Assembly: GCF_009834535.1 (NCBI RefSeq)
Contig: NC_045696.1
Span: 23,748,001-23,812,000 of the forward strand
DNA length: 64,000 bases
Direction: 5' to 3'
From: Camelus ferus
Lineage: Eukaryota
Shown piece after piece: positions 48,592-60,389 of the stretch. Position 1 is the first letter of the stretch. Each line of letters begins with the position of its first letter. The translations under genes and the position numbers were made by a program. The notes beneath the pieces are model-generated. The model saw only the letters and a list, made by a program, of their open reading frames with translations. It ran no database searches and was not told the origin of the DNA.

Positions 48592-49232
48592 TTGGTGGAA
48601 AGGGCTGAATGGTGGCCCCAAAGATACCAGGTTCTGTCTCTCAAACGTGTAAATGTTACCTTGTTTGAAAAAACTGTCTTTGCAGATGTGAATAATTTAA
48701 GAATAATTGAGAGGAGAGTGTAGAGCTCAGTGGCAGAGCGTGTGCTTAGCATGCACAAGGTCCTGGGTTCAATTCCCTGTACCTCCATTAAATAAATAAA
48801 TAAATAAATAAACCTAAGTACTTCACCCCCTCCCCCCAAAAAACTAGCTATTAAAAAAAAAAAAAAGAATTGAGATGAAGCGATAATCTTGGCTTATCCT
48901 GATGGGCCCTAAATGACGTCACAGGTGTTCTTATAAGAAAGAGGTGGAGGGGGACTTGAAACACACAGCGGAGAAGGCGATGTGAAGACAGAGGCAGAGA
49001 TTGGAGTGACAGAGCCCACAAGCCTAGGAACACCAAGGAATGTCGGCAGCCACCGGAGAAGCTAGACGAGGCAAGGGATGGATTCTCTCCAAGCGCCTCA
49101 GCAGGAAGCACAGCTCTGCTGACACCTTGGTTTTGAACTTCTGGCTTCCAGAATGCTGAGAAAATAAATTTCTGTTGTTTTCAGTCACCCAACTTGTGTT
49201 AATCTCTTACAACAGCCATGGGAAATGAATAC
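48592..49232 (+). mobile_element. MaLR solo LTR (MLT1C-like) interrupted by a SINE
   Basis: GGGCTGAATGGTGGCCCCAAAGATA...TGTGAAGACAGAGGCAGAGATTGGAGTGA...CTGCTGACACCTTGGTTTTGAACTTCTGGCTTCCAGAA...GGAAATGAATACA. Confidence 0.9.
48713..48867 (+). mobile_element. tRNA-derived SINE, camelid Vic-1 type
   Basis: tRNA head with A box (AGCTCAGTGGCAGAGC) and B box (GGTTCAATTCC), then (TAAA)n, a C-rich spacer and a poly(A) tail; TSD AATTGAGA at 48705-48712 and 48868-48875. Confidence 0.88.
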
Positions 49233-49940
49233 AAATGGGAAGACCATATTGAGAACATAGCAACCTTTTCACTGGCCCATATGATTGAAGCCAGTAGAAA
49301 TGTTATCTGCTTATGAATTCCAGACTTATTACTTCACATAATATCTGGGTGGTGGGAGAAATGCTGGGAAATGTGAAGGAACAAGCTTGGGGGACTTACA
49401 GACTTCACGGGTATTCAAATCACTTAACAGTGTATAAATGATTTCACAGCAATACAGTCAAAGTTCTTAGAGTAAATCATTTTGATTCCCACTGCTGTCT
49501 GGCATAGAGGAATAATCAGCATTTCAAAATGAGCCCTTGGCTGTTCTGTCATTGCCTCGATAACTGCTTATGGGGCATACGGTACGCCAGCTTACGTTCC
49601 CTCTCTTTTTATCACCAAACTCTTCAAAATCAATGTATATACACATGGTATATATATTTTCTTACCCCCATTAGCATATTTATTATGCTAAGTATGCTAA
49701 ATATTTAGGCCTGCTTCACTGAAAACCATTTACAACTGGCTTATTCTTATTGGTTGGTACATGTTTGAACTCTTAACATCTATAATATACTTTTATAACT
49801 TTAATCTGTATTATTTCTTCCTGAGGAAGCTGCGTATCTTGGTAAAGTTGGTAATAATAAAATTAGTGTTTTGACTGTTTAATACCCAAATTTTTGAAAG
49901 TAAGCACATTATTAATTTCATTCTACTAAAACAAACTCAA

Positions 49941-50107
49941 CTTTTTTTCTTTATTGAAATATAGCTGATTTACAATTCTGCATTAGTTTCTGGTATACAG
50001 TATAGTGATTCAGTTATACATATATATATTGTATATACATATATACAATATTTAAATATATATATTCTTTTCCATCATAGGTTACTACAAGCCATTGAAC
50101 ATAGTTC
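49941..50107 (-). mobile_element. Short L1 3' tail
   Basis: T-tract then TTATTGAAATATAGCTGATTTACAA...TTTCTGGTATACAGTATAGTGATTCAG...ATAGGTTACTACAAG..ATTGAACATAGTTC, antisense to the other tails. Confidence 0.88.
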
Positions 50108-50129
50108 AAAGTCAGGTTTTAAAACTCAC

Positions 50130-50546
50130 CACAGGTGGGAATAGTCCCTTTTCCTGGGACTCCTGTGCACCATATTGAATTCTCTTTGTCCAGTCACAGA
50201 CGCAGGAACTATTTCTACACAGAACTCCTTTCCGGACTTCCTGTCACTGCGATGACCTAACAGGGCGCGCACCCAGGTGATGCAGGTGCGTTACTGCTCA
50301 CCTTCCGCCCCGGGGCCTCCCTGAGGCTGAGAGTGTCTGCTTCTGAGGTTCATTCCATTAGGCTTTCTCAGAAAGTCCCTCCGTTTGAGCAACCTCTTGT
50401 GGTGGCCAACTCAACAATGCACCTTTGTAATGAATCCCCCTTCTTCCCTGTTTTCCATCCCCCCTCCCTCACATTTCTGAATAGTCCATTCATGCAGCAA
50501 CTTTTATCTTAGGCTTTGTTTTTCTGGAGAAACTCAAGCAAAGGCA
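50130..50546 (+). mobile_element. ERVL LTR (LTR16-like)
   Basis: CACCTTCCGCCCCGGGGCCTCCCTGA...GGCCAACTCAACAATGCACCTTTGTA..CTTCTTCCCTG...TCTTAGGCTTTGTTTTCTGGAGAAACTCAAGCAAAGGCA. Confidence 0.65.
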
Positions 50547-50589
50547 TTAGAATTCTGCAGTGAAAAGAAAACACCAGCATATGCTAGTT

Positions 50590-51130
50590 TTTAAATCCTT
50601 TTCATTAAGGATATTTACAAATAATCACAAAAGTAGAGAGAGGAATAAAATGGAACCACATGAACACTTCACCCCATATACCCAATCCCCAGAGTAGCTT
50701 TGAAATAGATTCCCAGACAAAGTTTTTATTGGAGGGTGATTAAAAGGTAAATGCAGATGTAATTTTGCTAGTTAGTACCAAATTCTCCTCTGTAAGGATT
50801 ATATCCTTGTAGACCCTTCTTACCAAGAAAATACAAGACTGCTCATTTCCCTAGAGCCACCTCAATAAAATATGCTGTCAAACTTTTGGATTTCTGCCAA
50901 TCTCACTTGTGTCGTTTCAATTACATTCTCTTACGTGAGCAAGATTGAGCAAATTTTCGTGTTTATTTGTGAATTGTTTTTTCATGTCTTTTGTCTGTCT
51001 AAAGGGCTGTGAGTCTTTTTTCTTCTCATTTTTCAGGAAGTCTCCTTATTAGGAAAACTAACACTTTATTTGTGATGTAATTTGAGATTTTTTTTTCAGT
51101 TTTTGCCATTTTAATTTGTTTTTGGTGCTT
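50590..51130 (-). mobile_element. Ancient L1 (L1ME-like) fragment
   Basis: CAAAAGTAGAGAGAGGAATAAAATGGAACC; CCAAATTCTCCTCTGTAAGG; TCAAACTTTTGGATTTCTGCCAATCT. Confidence 0.55.
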
Positions 51131-51414
51131 CCTTGCATTTCTTTTGCCCATATTTTAATAAAATGATGACCTTACAAAATAATTAATAGAGAAGAGTTTT
51201 GTGTGAGAGATTATACTAAATGATTATTGAGAGTAAATTAACCTTCCCTAAATATTTTATGAAAGATTTACAGTAAAAGTTTAAAGTTTATGACTCATAC
51301 CATTCCAACACTGAATAGTTATCATTTCGTCTAATTTATTAGGTCTTTTTAATTCTTTGTCACACTTTTCTCCCTTCCTCTCTCTGGGTTTTTCAATTTC
51401 TCCCTCCATCCTTG

Positions 51415-51566
51415 TCTTTCTTTTTCCTTTCCTTTTCTTTTCTTTTCTTTTCTTTTCTTTTCTCTTTTCTTTTCTTTCCTTTTTTTCTTTCCTTTCCTTT
51501 CTCTCTCTCTCTCTCTCCCTTCCTTCTTTCCTTCCTTCCTTTTTTTTTTCATTCTTTTCTTTCTTT
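51415..51566. repeat. Polypyrimidine tract (TTTTC)n/(CT)n/(CCTT)n
   Basis: Directly visible; it produces the spurious low-complexity ORFs at 51281-51775. Confidence 0.95.
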
Positions 51567-51569
51567 AAT

Positions 51570-52230
51570 TTGCCAGGCAATGTGTCAGGCCCTAGGCATA
51601 TTATGATGAGCAGACAGGAGAGTCTAATAGCAGAACAAACATTACTCAATAAGCAACACCAGTAAAACTGCAGGTCTGACATGTGCTGGAAGGAGAGGCA
51701 GATGATGCTATGTGAGGCTATAATTGTTGGGTTTTCATCTAGCCAAAGAAGAAGACATCTTTGAAGAGCTAACAATGAAATGAAACTCTGAAGGATAAGT
51801 AAGAATTAACTAGAAAAAAAGCAAAAGGCCTAGCCTTTTTGGGAAAGGGAACAGCATTTGCAAAGCTTTGTGGAGAGAGGGAGTGGGGAAGTAGAAGAGA
51901 CTGAGTGAGGCCAGCGTGAGTGGAGCAGAGAGCGTGATGAGAGCCTGGAGCACAGGAAAGGGTGAAGATGATGTAGGGGTGAAGGTAATGAATGGGTCAG
52001 GGGCAGAACTTATGGGGCCATGACAAGGAGCTGTGTCTTCAGCCTAAGAGCATTTCAAAGCCATGGAAGGATTTAAAGCGAAGGGAGTGGGTATGATTAG
52101 ATCTGTATTTTGAAAAGATCATTCTGTGATTCCTATGTGAGAAACTGATCATAAGGGTGTGTGAGTGGGAAGAAGCCCAGATAGGAAGCAGGTGCTGTGG
52201 TTTGAGAGAGGACAGTGGCGATGAGGGAGG
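51570..52230 (-). mobile_element. L2 LINE 3' region
   Basis: TGCCAGGCAATGTGTCAGGCCCTAGG...GGGAACAGCATTTGCAAAG...GAGGCCAGCGTGAGTGGAGCAGAG...AAGCCATGGAAGGATTTAAAGC...AGATCTGTATTTTGAAAAGATCATTCTG. Confidence 0.8.
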
Positions 52231-53467
52231 TACCTAGTGCATTTAACACTGTAATGTCTCATTTTTTAATACCTCCCCATGTCACAAAATTATTAGAGTG
52301 ATAAAGGATAGAAAAGAAATACAGGCAAGGAAGACTTTCTTCACTGAATTTTGTAACATGGCAATTAAAAAAAATGAAGGATAAAATAAATAATGTCGCA
52401 CCCCAAACGGATAAATGTACAGCTAGTCACTCAGTTGTTTTTATATTTCTTTAACAGTTTAAACTTTAATCATCTGTTATAATTCTTTCATAATGTCCTA
52501 CGTAAATATTTTTCTGGCAATTACTAAGTGAATTTAAGCAACAACTTGGTGACAAAACTCATGGAATGTTTTGTCTTCCTAATTCATTTTTTAGTTTTAA
52601 AACTAGTACTAATTAAATAAATTTCAATTTAAATACTATTCAGTATGTATAAATTAAAACTTGCATTTAGCAAGTGGAATATTGTACCTCCTGGTTCACA
52701 TTCTGTTTTAATTTTTTAATGTTTTTCACACAAATATACACTCCAGTGGTCACACAGAATGACAGAATTGAAGGAACTCAAGTTCTGCTTCTTTTTCTTT
52801 TACAATGTGCTTTCATTATATATTTTGACTCTACTGTTTAAACGAAAGAATGAAAGATGCATACAGCACCCAAAGAGAGCTGAACTGATTTCTGAACCAT
52901 TCCAAAGTTATTTTGAAATGAAACCATATTCTGAGTCCACAAGTGTTAAAAGCTGATTGTACAACTGGGAATTCTCCAAATGAACCTCTTGTAAAAATAC
53001 AATATTTATTAAAAGATAAGGGATAAAATTGTGCTAATTTGAAGCTTACATGTATTATTATTAGAACTAACAGGAGCAAGAGAAATTATCCAGAATTTGG
53101 ATCAATGGAAGATTGGAGGGAAGAGGAGTACTTTTGTCACTGACCCTCTCAAGAATGGTGACAATGAAAAGCAGATGGTTTAAAAATCTCTCTAGATGAT
53201 AGACATCTCTTTATTGCCTGCACCTGAGGAAGCCCTCACCCACAACTTGCCACCTTGGGTGGCAGTGAATGTGGAGAAAAATGGATAAATACACAGAGGA
53301 AGTAGTTCAAAAGGGAACCACACCTAGCTCCTGCTCTGAGAGAGCTTATGCTGTGGGAGGTGGGGAAGGGAAGGCACGTAACTGATTGTAATGACCTTCT
53401 CTTACGTTTCTGACAGGGAGGCTATCTGGTGAGAGTGAATAGCTGAGAACGCACTTTGGCTTAAGAC

Positions 53468-54187
53468 CGACAAAGATGCTCTCCTTGGCCAAACTCTAGG
53501 CAGGCACCTCTGAGCACTCTTCTGGGTTAGGCCCAACTTTGGCTTTTAAGACTTGAACAAAACATTAACGTTGTTTCTAACAGCTCAATGACCCTGATAG
53601 TGCCTGCCCGGGAGAACTCAAGGCTGCCCTAAGACTTTCCTGTCTGTTCCAACCAACACCTGAGGATGGGGCCTCTGTCTTCCATCCTCGGAGAGTGTGT
53701 AGGAGCTAAATTCTGTAAACACCAGTTAATAAACCCAGGTGAGTTTCACATGCACCAACTTCTTTTTCCTGCTTTTTTGCAATTTTGCTCTTCCTTCACT
53801 CTATTGAGCCCCTGCTCACCCCTCTCCCTCATTCTTCTAAAATGTCCAGTCCCTTCTGTACAAATCAGAGTTGAGTTCAGTTTACTCCAGACTCTTTTTC
53901 TATTACAACAATATATTACCAATTACTAACCACTGTATATAAAATAGATAAATGACAAGTTTCTACTGTATAGCACAGGGAAATATACTTAATATCTTAC
54001 AGTAACCTATAATGAAATAGAGTATGAAAAGGAATATATATGTATGTATATGTAAGACTGAAACATTATGCTGCACACCAGAAATTGACACAACTTTGTA
54101 AATCAACTATACATCAATTAAAAAAATTTTAAAAAGAGAATTGTCTTTATCTCTTTATCCAGTGTCCAGATTTGTTTACCTTTGCCA
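53468..54187 (+). mobile_element. MER31-like ERV1 solo LTR interrupted by an L1 tail
   Basis: Starts CGACAAAGATGCTCTCCTTGGCCAAACTCTAG, ends CTTTGCCA; perfect 4-bp TSD AGAC at 53464-53467 and 54188-54191. Confidence 0.82.
53924..54138 (+). mobile_element. Short L1 3' tail nested in the MER31-like LTR
   Basis: CACTGTATATAAAATAGATAAATGACAAGTTTCTACTGTATAGCACAGGG...AATCAACTATACATCAATTAAAAAAA. Confidence 0.9.
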
Positions 54188-54879
54188 AGACTTACAAATC
54201 ATTCTAAATACATATTTGAACAAAAGCAGCCCCATGAAGCAGAAGCACCATGGGAAAAGATCAGCAGGAAAATTCTAGCATAGATAATCCTTCAAATGAA
54301 ACACATTTGACTCTGTTGAATGTGTTAGAAATAGAAGTTGGACCAGGTAGAAGACTGGTAGAAACTGAAACAGTTTCCATTGGCAGGAACCAGCAATAGA
54401 GATGAAGATTTTTAACTAAGGGCTTTGGAGTTGCTGGAGCTAGATGGAGAGGGAAACTTACACAATACACTAGGCTAATGATAATTGCTAAAACATAGAT
54501 TTGTAAATAATTTAGAGATTTTTAAATTACAAGGATCATTAGATCAAACACGAGCTTTCGGTTTTCCAGCAAACTGTATGAGATGTGATCAAAGGGCTAA
54601 GGCACTAATGGGAGTTTTTAAAAAGTGAAGCAGTATAACACCTGTGTATGCAATTTTGCCAAGTTATAGCTCCACTATATCAGTGAATGTGGCTATTTGA
54701 CAGCAAGTCATGTATACACAAATAGACATAGATTTTCTGCTTATTAAATGCCATTACATTTGCTAATCAACATTCACTTATTCTGTAAAACATTTGATGC
54801 TTACTGAATGCCAGACTCTGAGCTATGCAGTGGTCCCTGTCCTCAGAGAGCTTGCAGACCAGTTCTAATGGAGGTAGAA

Positions 54880-55535
54880 GTATTCCAGGAGTCTTTTACT
54901 CATCTGTTCCTGTATCCAGTTCTTGTCTTTCTCAGCTCTGCTCTGTAACTGAGGAGATCTGAAATTTCAGGGTGAATTTCCCAGGGTAAGCTAGAATTTG
55001 GTGGGGTTTGGCAACAGAGAGGCACTGAGAGAAAATGGAAGAGGTGGACTGGAGAAGCCAAGTTATCTATCCCCTTGCCCTAATTAGTCAGCATCTTTGG
55101 AAACAGCTGCCTCACCTCCATGGCTCTATATTCTGCTTGACTAGCTCAGCCTGTGCTTTCTGGTATGTCACCTTATAAGAGCTGAATCTGTTCATCTCTT
55201 CCCAACTCCTTACTTAGTGATGAGTTGGTAGCTTGAAATCAGCCATGGTCGGATATTTACACCACAGCAATTAGCAAACGGGCTTTGTTATTCCGCAGAG
55301 AGCTGGATGTTAAACATTAACCAGGACACTGCTGGTTCTAGTAACATCATCTCTTTGAGTTGTCCCTCAGTCCCCAGAGGTGGGGTTGGCTTTCTGTTGT
55401 TATTCTTTCATTTGCCTCAACTTGTTAACTCTTTCTCTGGGTTATTAACTCCTTGTAACTCCTTGTATTAAAAGCCCTCTGCTGTAATATCTGCCATAAT
55501 TTCTGTTTTTCTGATGGGATCCTGACTCTTATAAT
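54880..55535 (+). mobile_element. Old ERVL LTR (LTR33-like) containing a MER63-like insertion
   Basis: TGGGGTTTGGCAACAGAGAGGCACTG...; 3' end ATTAAAAGCCCTCTGCTG...TTTCTGTTTTTCTGATGGGATCCTGACT. Confidence 0.5.
55160..55334. mobile_element. MER63-like hAT DNA transposon
   Basis: GTTGGTAGCTTGAAATCAGCCATGG..GGATATTTACACCACAG..ATTAGCAAACG...GAGAGCTGGATGTTAAACATTAACCAGGACAC. Confidence 0.75.
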
Positions 55536-57192
55536 AGGGCACCTAACCTGGACTTGGCTTCTCAGGGAAAGATTCTCAAGAGAAATGTAAAATCTTATTT
55601 TTAAAAGAGAAAATGAACAGAACTTGGCAATAGGATAACAGGATAAAGAAAAGGCATGATTCTGCATCATGTCCAGATTTTTGATTTGGGAACGTAGGTG
55701 GATAATGGTGCCATTCATTCAGAGAGGAAGCAGAAGAACAAATGTGGGGGTGTGGAGGAAGTGCCGACTCTAAGGTGCTCCTGGGGTACCCAAGGATGAG
55801 TGTCCGGTACGATGTACAGAATCAACACAGAAGAGATCTCATCTCCTGAAACCTTCCTCCTCTTTCTGACCTTTCCGTTGGTTTGCTCAGATTACTGCTT
55901 CTCTTTTCGGTAACTTCAAAGTGCGATTCCAGGCTTCATTTATATATCTTTTAAAAAGAAAGAAAGAAAGAAACAAACTTTTCTTAAAGTCCATGTTTCC
56001 AACCAGCTTTTTTTTCTCTCTATCTTTTTCCTTTTATGAGTGATTGTGTTTCCATGGTAGCTGTTTCCACTTTCTCCCTGCCCACTCTTTCTCAATCCAT
56101 TGAAACCTGGCCTCCATCATCACTGAACCTGGTTCAGAAACTACTCTTGGTAAACATAACAGTGACCTTGCTTATTGATAAACCCAATGGGCTCTCAGAT
56201 CTGAACTGGCCAGAGGTGATACATTCTGGTGAGTGGCCAGTATACAGCAAATTTTCAGTAAATGGGAGCTGTTATTATTATGGTTGAGCTGAGGTAATTT
56301 TTTAAATTGTTACTGCTGAATTTTTTTCCCAAGAGGAATTATCTCAACAAATCCTCATTTTGTCTGACCATTTCATTTCTTAATGAACTTGTGTCTCTAA
56401 TTACTTACCATCAAAATAATCAGCGAATTCAGTGGGAAAAAAAAATTCACATCCATTACTTAGCATCTTATAGGAGGAATGAAAATATAAACCCTATAAA
56501 AATTGTTTGAGTAAAATTTTCACCTTTCAACTAGCTGTTTGTTTCATTACTCAGAGAGAGCGTCAAGTGATGCAAGTTGCCTTAGGGAAATGATAGGCTA
56601 GAGCATTTTCCTCAAAACTGTCTATGTTTTCTTGTAGTACTCACAAATAGCCAGTAATCTTTAGTAAGAAACTGAAATGAAGAATAAAGGTCATTCACTA
56701 AGTGACATATTTGATTTATAGTCTAGTAGCTGTGAAGAATTAGTGGTGTATTTATGTTTCAATAGCTCACAGCATAAAAAGCATGGCTATAGTGATGAGC
56801 ACACTCTTAAATCATATCTTTGCCTCAGTGTAAAAGGGAATATGCTTTAACAGCACAGTGTGACCTCATCTTTCAGTCTCTTTCAGAGGAACACAATCCG
56901 CAAATGAGATGTGATACCGTATTTTTTTGTTTTTTCAGTTTGTGCTTAAAAGAGCAGTTCTTTATTTGTAGACACTTTGAATTGTGAAAGCCGAGATTTG
57001 CCAAGTGTGCATTTGTAATCATATATGCTCGGCTTTAATCCTGATTCACAATGAATAAACGTCATGCTCTGAAGCAGAAAAACCACAGGGCAATCTTGAA
57101 ATTGTTAGTAAACTGGTATTCTCTGTAATGTAACACCAGTGGTTGGACTGCATGAACATGTTCAGGGGTCATTTATAAATAAACTTAACATG

Positions 57193-57390
57193 ATTTTTTT
57201 TTTATTGAAGTATAGTTGATTTATGATGTTGTGTTAGTTTCTGGCATACAGCAAAGTGATTCAGATATATATATATATATATTCTTTTTCATATTCTTTT
57301 TTGTCATAGATTATTACAAGTTATTGAATATAGTTCCCTGTGCCATACAGTAGTACCTTGTTGTTTATCTATTCTGTATATAGTAGTTCG
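57193..57390 (-). mobile_element. Short L1 3' tail
   Basis: Poly(T) then ATTGAAGTATAGTTGATTTA...ATTGAATATAGTTCCCTGTGCCATACAGTAG..CCTTGTTGTTTATCTATT. Confidence 0.9.
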
Positions 57391-57894
57391 TAAAAATTTT
57401 TTAAATTAGAAGATTATAATGACTATAATGATCAATCTCATTTTGATCCCACATAAAACCTTTAAGATGGTAAAATCCCATGATAGGAAGACTACAAGTA
57501 TGACTTCATATTCATTTAATAGAAACAAGTGATCTATTATTTTCATGAATAAAGAGATAGAAGGAGACCAGCGCCATGTCTCTCTGAAATGCTTACTCAT
57601 AATCTCTCTTTCAGCACATGGAGAAGCTCTAGGTAAAATAAAGTGCCGTGCATAATGTAATCTGTCATGATACACTGACGTGCTGAGTAAGAAAATTCAG
57701 AAGGAAGAAGCATTTTAATTTAACATGACACATATCTGTTTTTATAACATTTTCTCTTGTTATATTGTTTGTATATATTGTTCTTTTTCCTTTGTGCCTT
57801 TTTAAAAATATATATATAATTTCCTTTAAATTCATGCAGTTAGCTTACACCAATTGGAAGAATAAAAACAACAAATGGCCAAATAAGCAAATAA

Positions 57895-57957
57895 AAGAAA
57901 AAGGAAGGAAGGAAGGAAGGAGAGAGGGAAGGAAAGAAGGAAGGGAGAAAAAGAAAA
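57895..57957. repeat. (GGAA)n purine-rich microsatellite
   Basis: Directly visible. Confidence 0.9.
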
Positions 57958-57984
57958 GGTCAGTGATAAAAATAAACACACACA

Positions 57985-58712
57985 GCCTTGCAGATGTGAC
58001 TGCCCAGCGTCTCCCACGCCGCCCGACAGGGGCCATCTCCACAGTGCTCCACGGTAATGCCCTTGGGCCGCATCTCCTTCCTTCGAGCTGTTTGCCGACA
58101 AAGTTCCAAAGACACAGAAAACTTTCATGTTCTGAGTGCTGAGGAGAAAGGATTTGGTTACAGAGTTCCCTGCTTCCACAGAATAATTCTATGATTTATG
58201 GGCCAAGGTGGTGATTTCATATGCCATAATGGCACTGGTGGCAAGTCCAACCATGGGGAAAATTTGATGGTGAGAATTTCGTCCTGAAGCATATGGCTCC
58301 TGGCCTCTTGTCCATGGCGAGTGCTGGCCCCAATACAAACGGTTCCCAGGTTTTCATCCGCACTGCTAAGGCTGAGTGGTTGAATGGCAAACATGTGTTC
58401 TTTGGCAGAATGACAGAGGCATGAATATTGTGGAAGCCATGAAACACTTTGAGTTCAGGAATAGCAAGGTCACCATTGCTGACTGTGACAAATCTAGTAA
58501 ATCTGACATGTGTTTTATCTTAACCACCAGACCATTCCTTCTGTAGCTCAGGAGGGCACCCTACCAGCCCCATCTGCTTAAACTATCCTCTAATCTTTGT
58601 GTTTTCACTGCAATTCTTTGGGTTCCATATTTTCATCATCCCCATCCAAGTTTTGCTGGATTGCAAAGTTAGTTTGTGATTATGAAATAAAAACTAAAAC
58701 AACAACAAAAAA
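57985..58712 (+). pseudogene. PPIA: PPIA (cyclophilin A) processed pseudogene
   Basis: Intronless match to PPIA mRNA: CCCTTGGGCCGCATCTCC..TTCGAGCTGTTTGCCGACAAAGTTCCAAAGAC (PLGR..FELFADKVPKT), GAGAAAGGATTTGGTTAC, CATAATGGCACTGGTGGCAAGTCC (HNGTGGKS), GCTGGCCCCAATACAAACGGTTCCCAG (AGPNTNGSQ); PPIA 3' UTR TGTGTTTTATCTTAACCACCAGACCATTCCTTCTGTAGCTCAGGAG; AATAAA at 58686 and an A-rich tail; start codon lost and several frameshifts. Confidence 0.95.
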
Positions 58713-59229
58713 CATAGGCAGAAAACATAGATTGTCTTGATGATCGCTTGGAAAATGTCCATGCTTTATTGCCCTATTGAAATTAATTTGATTATTTCTC
58801 CTCTTTAAAAGACTAAGGGAGTTTATTACATGATGCTTTTCTGACACATGGCACTATTTCTCTGGGTTAAAAACATATGTTCTTAGATGGAATTTATGTG
58901 ATTAAAGCCAAGAGCAAGATGTCACTCAAGTCACTGTACGCCACAGGGTTTGTGTTTGGTTACACACATAGGAATCCAGAAAAAACTAAATAATCTGGTT
59001 AGGGAATTTCAGGAACTCTGGAAAAGCTGAACACCACAAGACAGGAGCTAAATATCTTCCTCTTCTTTCATTCTCTTTCAAATAACTTGCAATTTTGCAT
59101 AGCAGATATTGACATATTGAACCACTTTTGCCAGATTTAGACTTCTGTACATCAACCGATGAATGAATCCTTCACTCTGTTCCTCTCTTCCTCTCTCCTT
59201 TCCTTCCTTTCTTCCTTATTTCTTTCCTG

Positions 59230-59425
59230 ATTCTACCACTTATAGGTTACTAATCTTAAGGAAGTTACTTAATTCTTCTATGTTTTAGCTTCTTTTCTGA
59301 TGGGAATAATAATAATAATAATAAATTCTCTAGGGTTGTTTTGATGATTAAATGAGTTAATCTGTCTATAGTGTTCAGAACGTTGCCTGTTATAGGAGCT
59401 TAAAAATGTTATTTTTTCTTCTATT
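59230..59425 (+). mobile_element. MIR SINE
   Basis: TCTACCACTTATAGG...AAGTTACTTAA...ATAATAATA...TAGGGTTGTTTTGATGATTAAATGAGTTAAT...GTGTTCAGAACGTTGCCTG. Confidence 0.75.
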
Positions 59426-59819
59426 ACTATTAATCCTTGTTCTTCCTTTTTTTGTGTTTCTTTTATGAAAAGTACATAAGTCTATCCTCATGAAAATATT
59501 AAATTAACTAGAGTTATAAAGAGTAAAATATGAAAGATTCTTTTCCTTGCCTCCCACTGATACACTCCTTGTCAGAGGTAACAATTTTATGTGTAAAAGT
59601 TTAATTCTTTGTCTAAATACCTGCATGCATTTGTCTATCAAATACACATACATACACACTTTCACACATACACCTATATGTAAACAGATATATGTATACA
59701 TATTCTTTACATCAATGGGATCATAGTATTTGTGTTTTTTCAGCAACGTCAACGTATCTTGGGTATCTTTCCACATTAAAGCATATAGTTCTACCACATG
59801 CCTTTTAAATAATTAGTTA

Positions 59820-60270
59820 ATTAACATATTCATTCATTACAAGATATGATTCTAGGCACTGGTGATTTGATAGTAACCAATAGATAAATTCTTTGCCCAT
59901 AGACGTTTTGGTTCTAGTGAAGGAGATGGATAATTAACATTCAGCTCACTGTTTAATGTCAAGAGCTGGTAACTTGTATGAAGAAAAATAAAGAAGGGTA
60001 AAATGTAGAGATGATTGAAGCCAGGCTGGCCAGGAAAGAATGTCACCCTGTGAGGATGACATTCAAGTGGAGCTCCTGAAGAGAATGAATGGACAAGCCA
60101 AGAGAATGTCTGGGGAAAGACGAATACAGGTAAAGGAATAAGCAAGTGCAAATAAATGCTCATGACTTTGAAACAGGGTAATGATAGTGGAAGTGGGAGG
60201 GGTTGAGTTCACAGAGGCAGAGGCCAAAACATGGGACTGTGGGTCTTGGTAAGAATGTTGAATCTGACTG
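59820..60270 (-). mobile_element. L2 LINE 3' fragment
   Basis: TTCTAGGCACTGGTGAT...GTTCTAGTGAAGGAGATGGATAAT...GAGGATGACATTCAAGTGGAGCTCCTGAAG...AATGTCTGGGGAAAGA. Confidence 0.65.
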
Positions 60271-60389
60271 TATTAACTTTACTGATTCCCTGTCTCTTTT
60301 TCTGCAGTATGGATGTAACTCTGTTTACTCAACCCTTCTTCCTTAATGAAGAAAATGTTTTAAGTGTTTCTCTTATGACTATAAATACC

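Noticed and set aside
48713..48786. Functional tRNA gene
   Set aside because: The tRNA-like head continues into a SINE body, (TAAA)n, poly(A) and a TSD, so it is a SINE.
51281..51775. Longest ORF in the track (164 aa, K/E/R-rich) and overlapping F/S/L-rich ORFs
   Set aside because: They are translations of the (TTTTC)n/(CT)n tract plus an L2 remnant and have no domain content.
57985..58712. Functional cyclophilin gene or TRIMCyp-like fusion
   Set aside because: The start codon is lost, there are multiple frameshifts, and no TRIM (RING/B-box/coiled-coil) exons are recognisable in the window.
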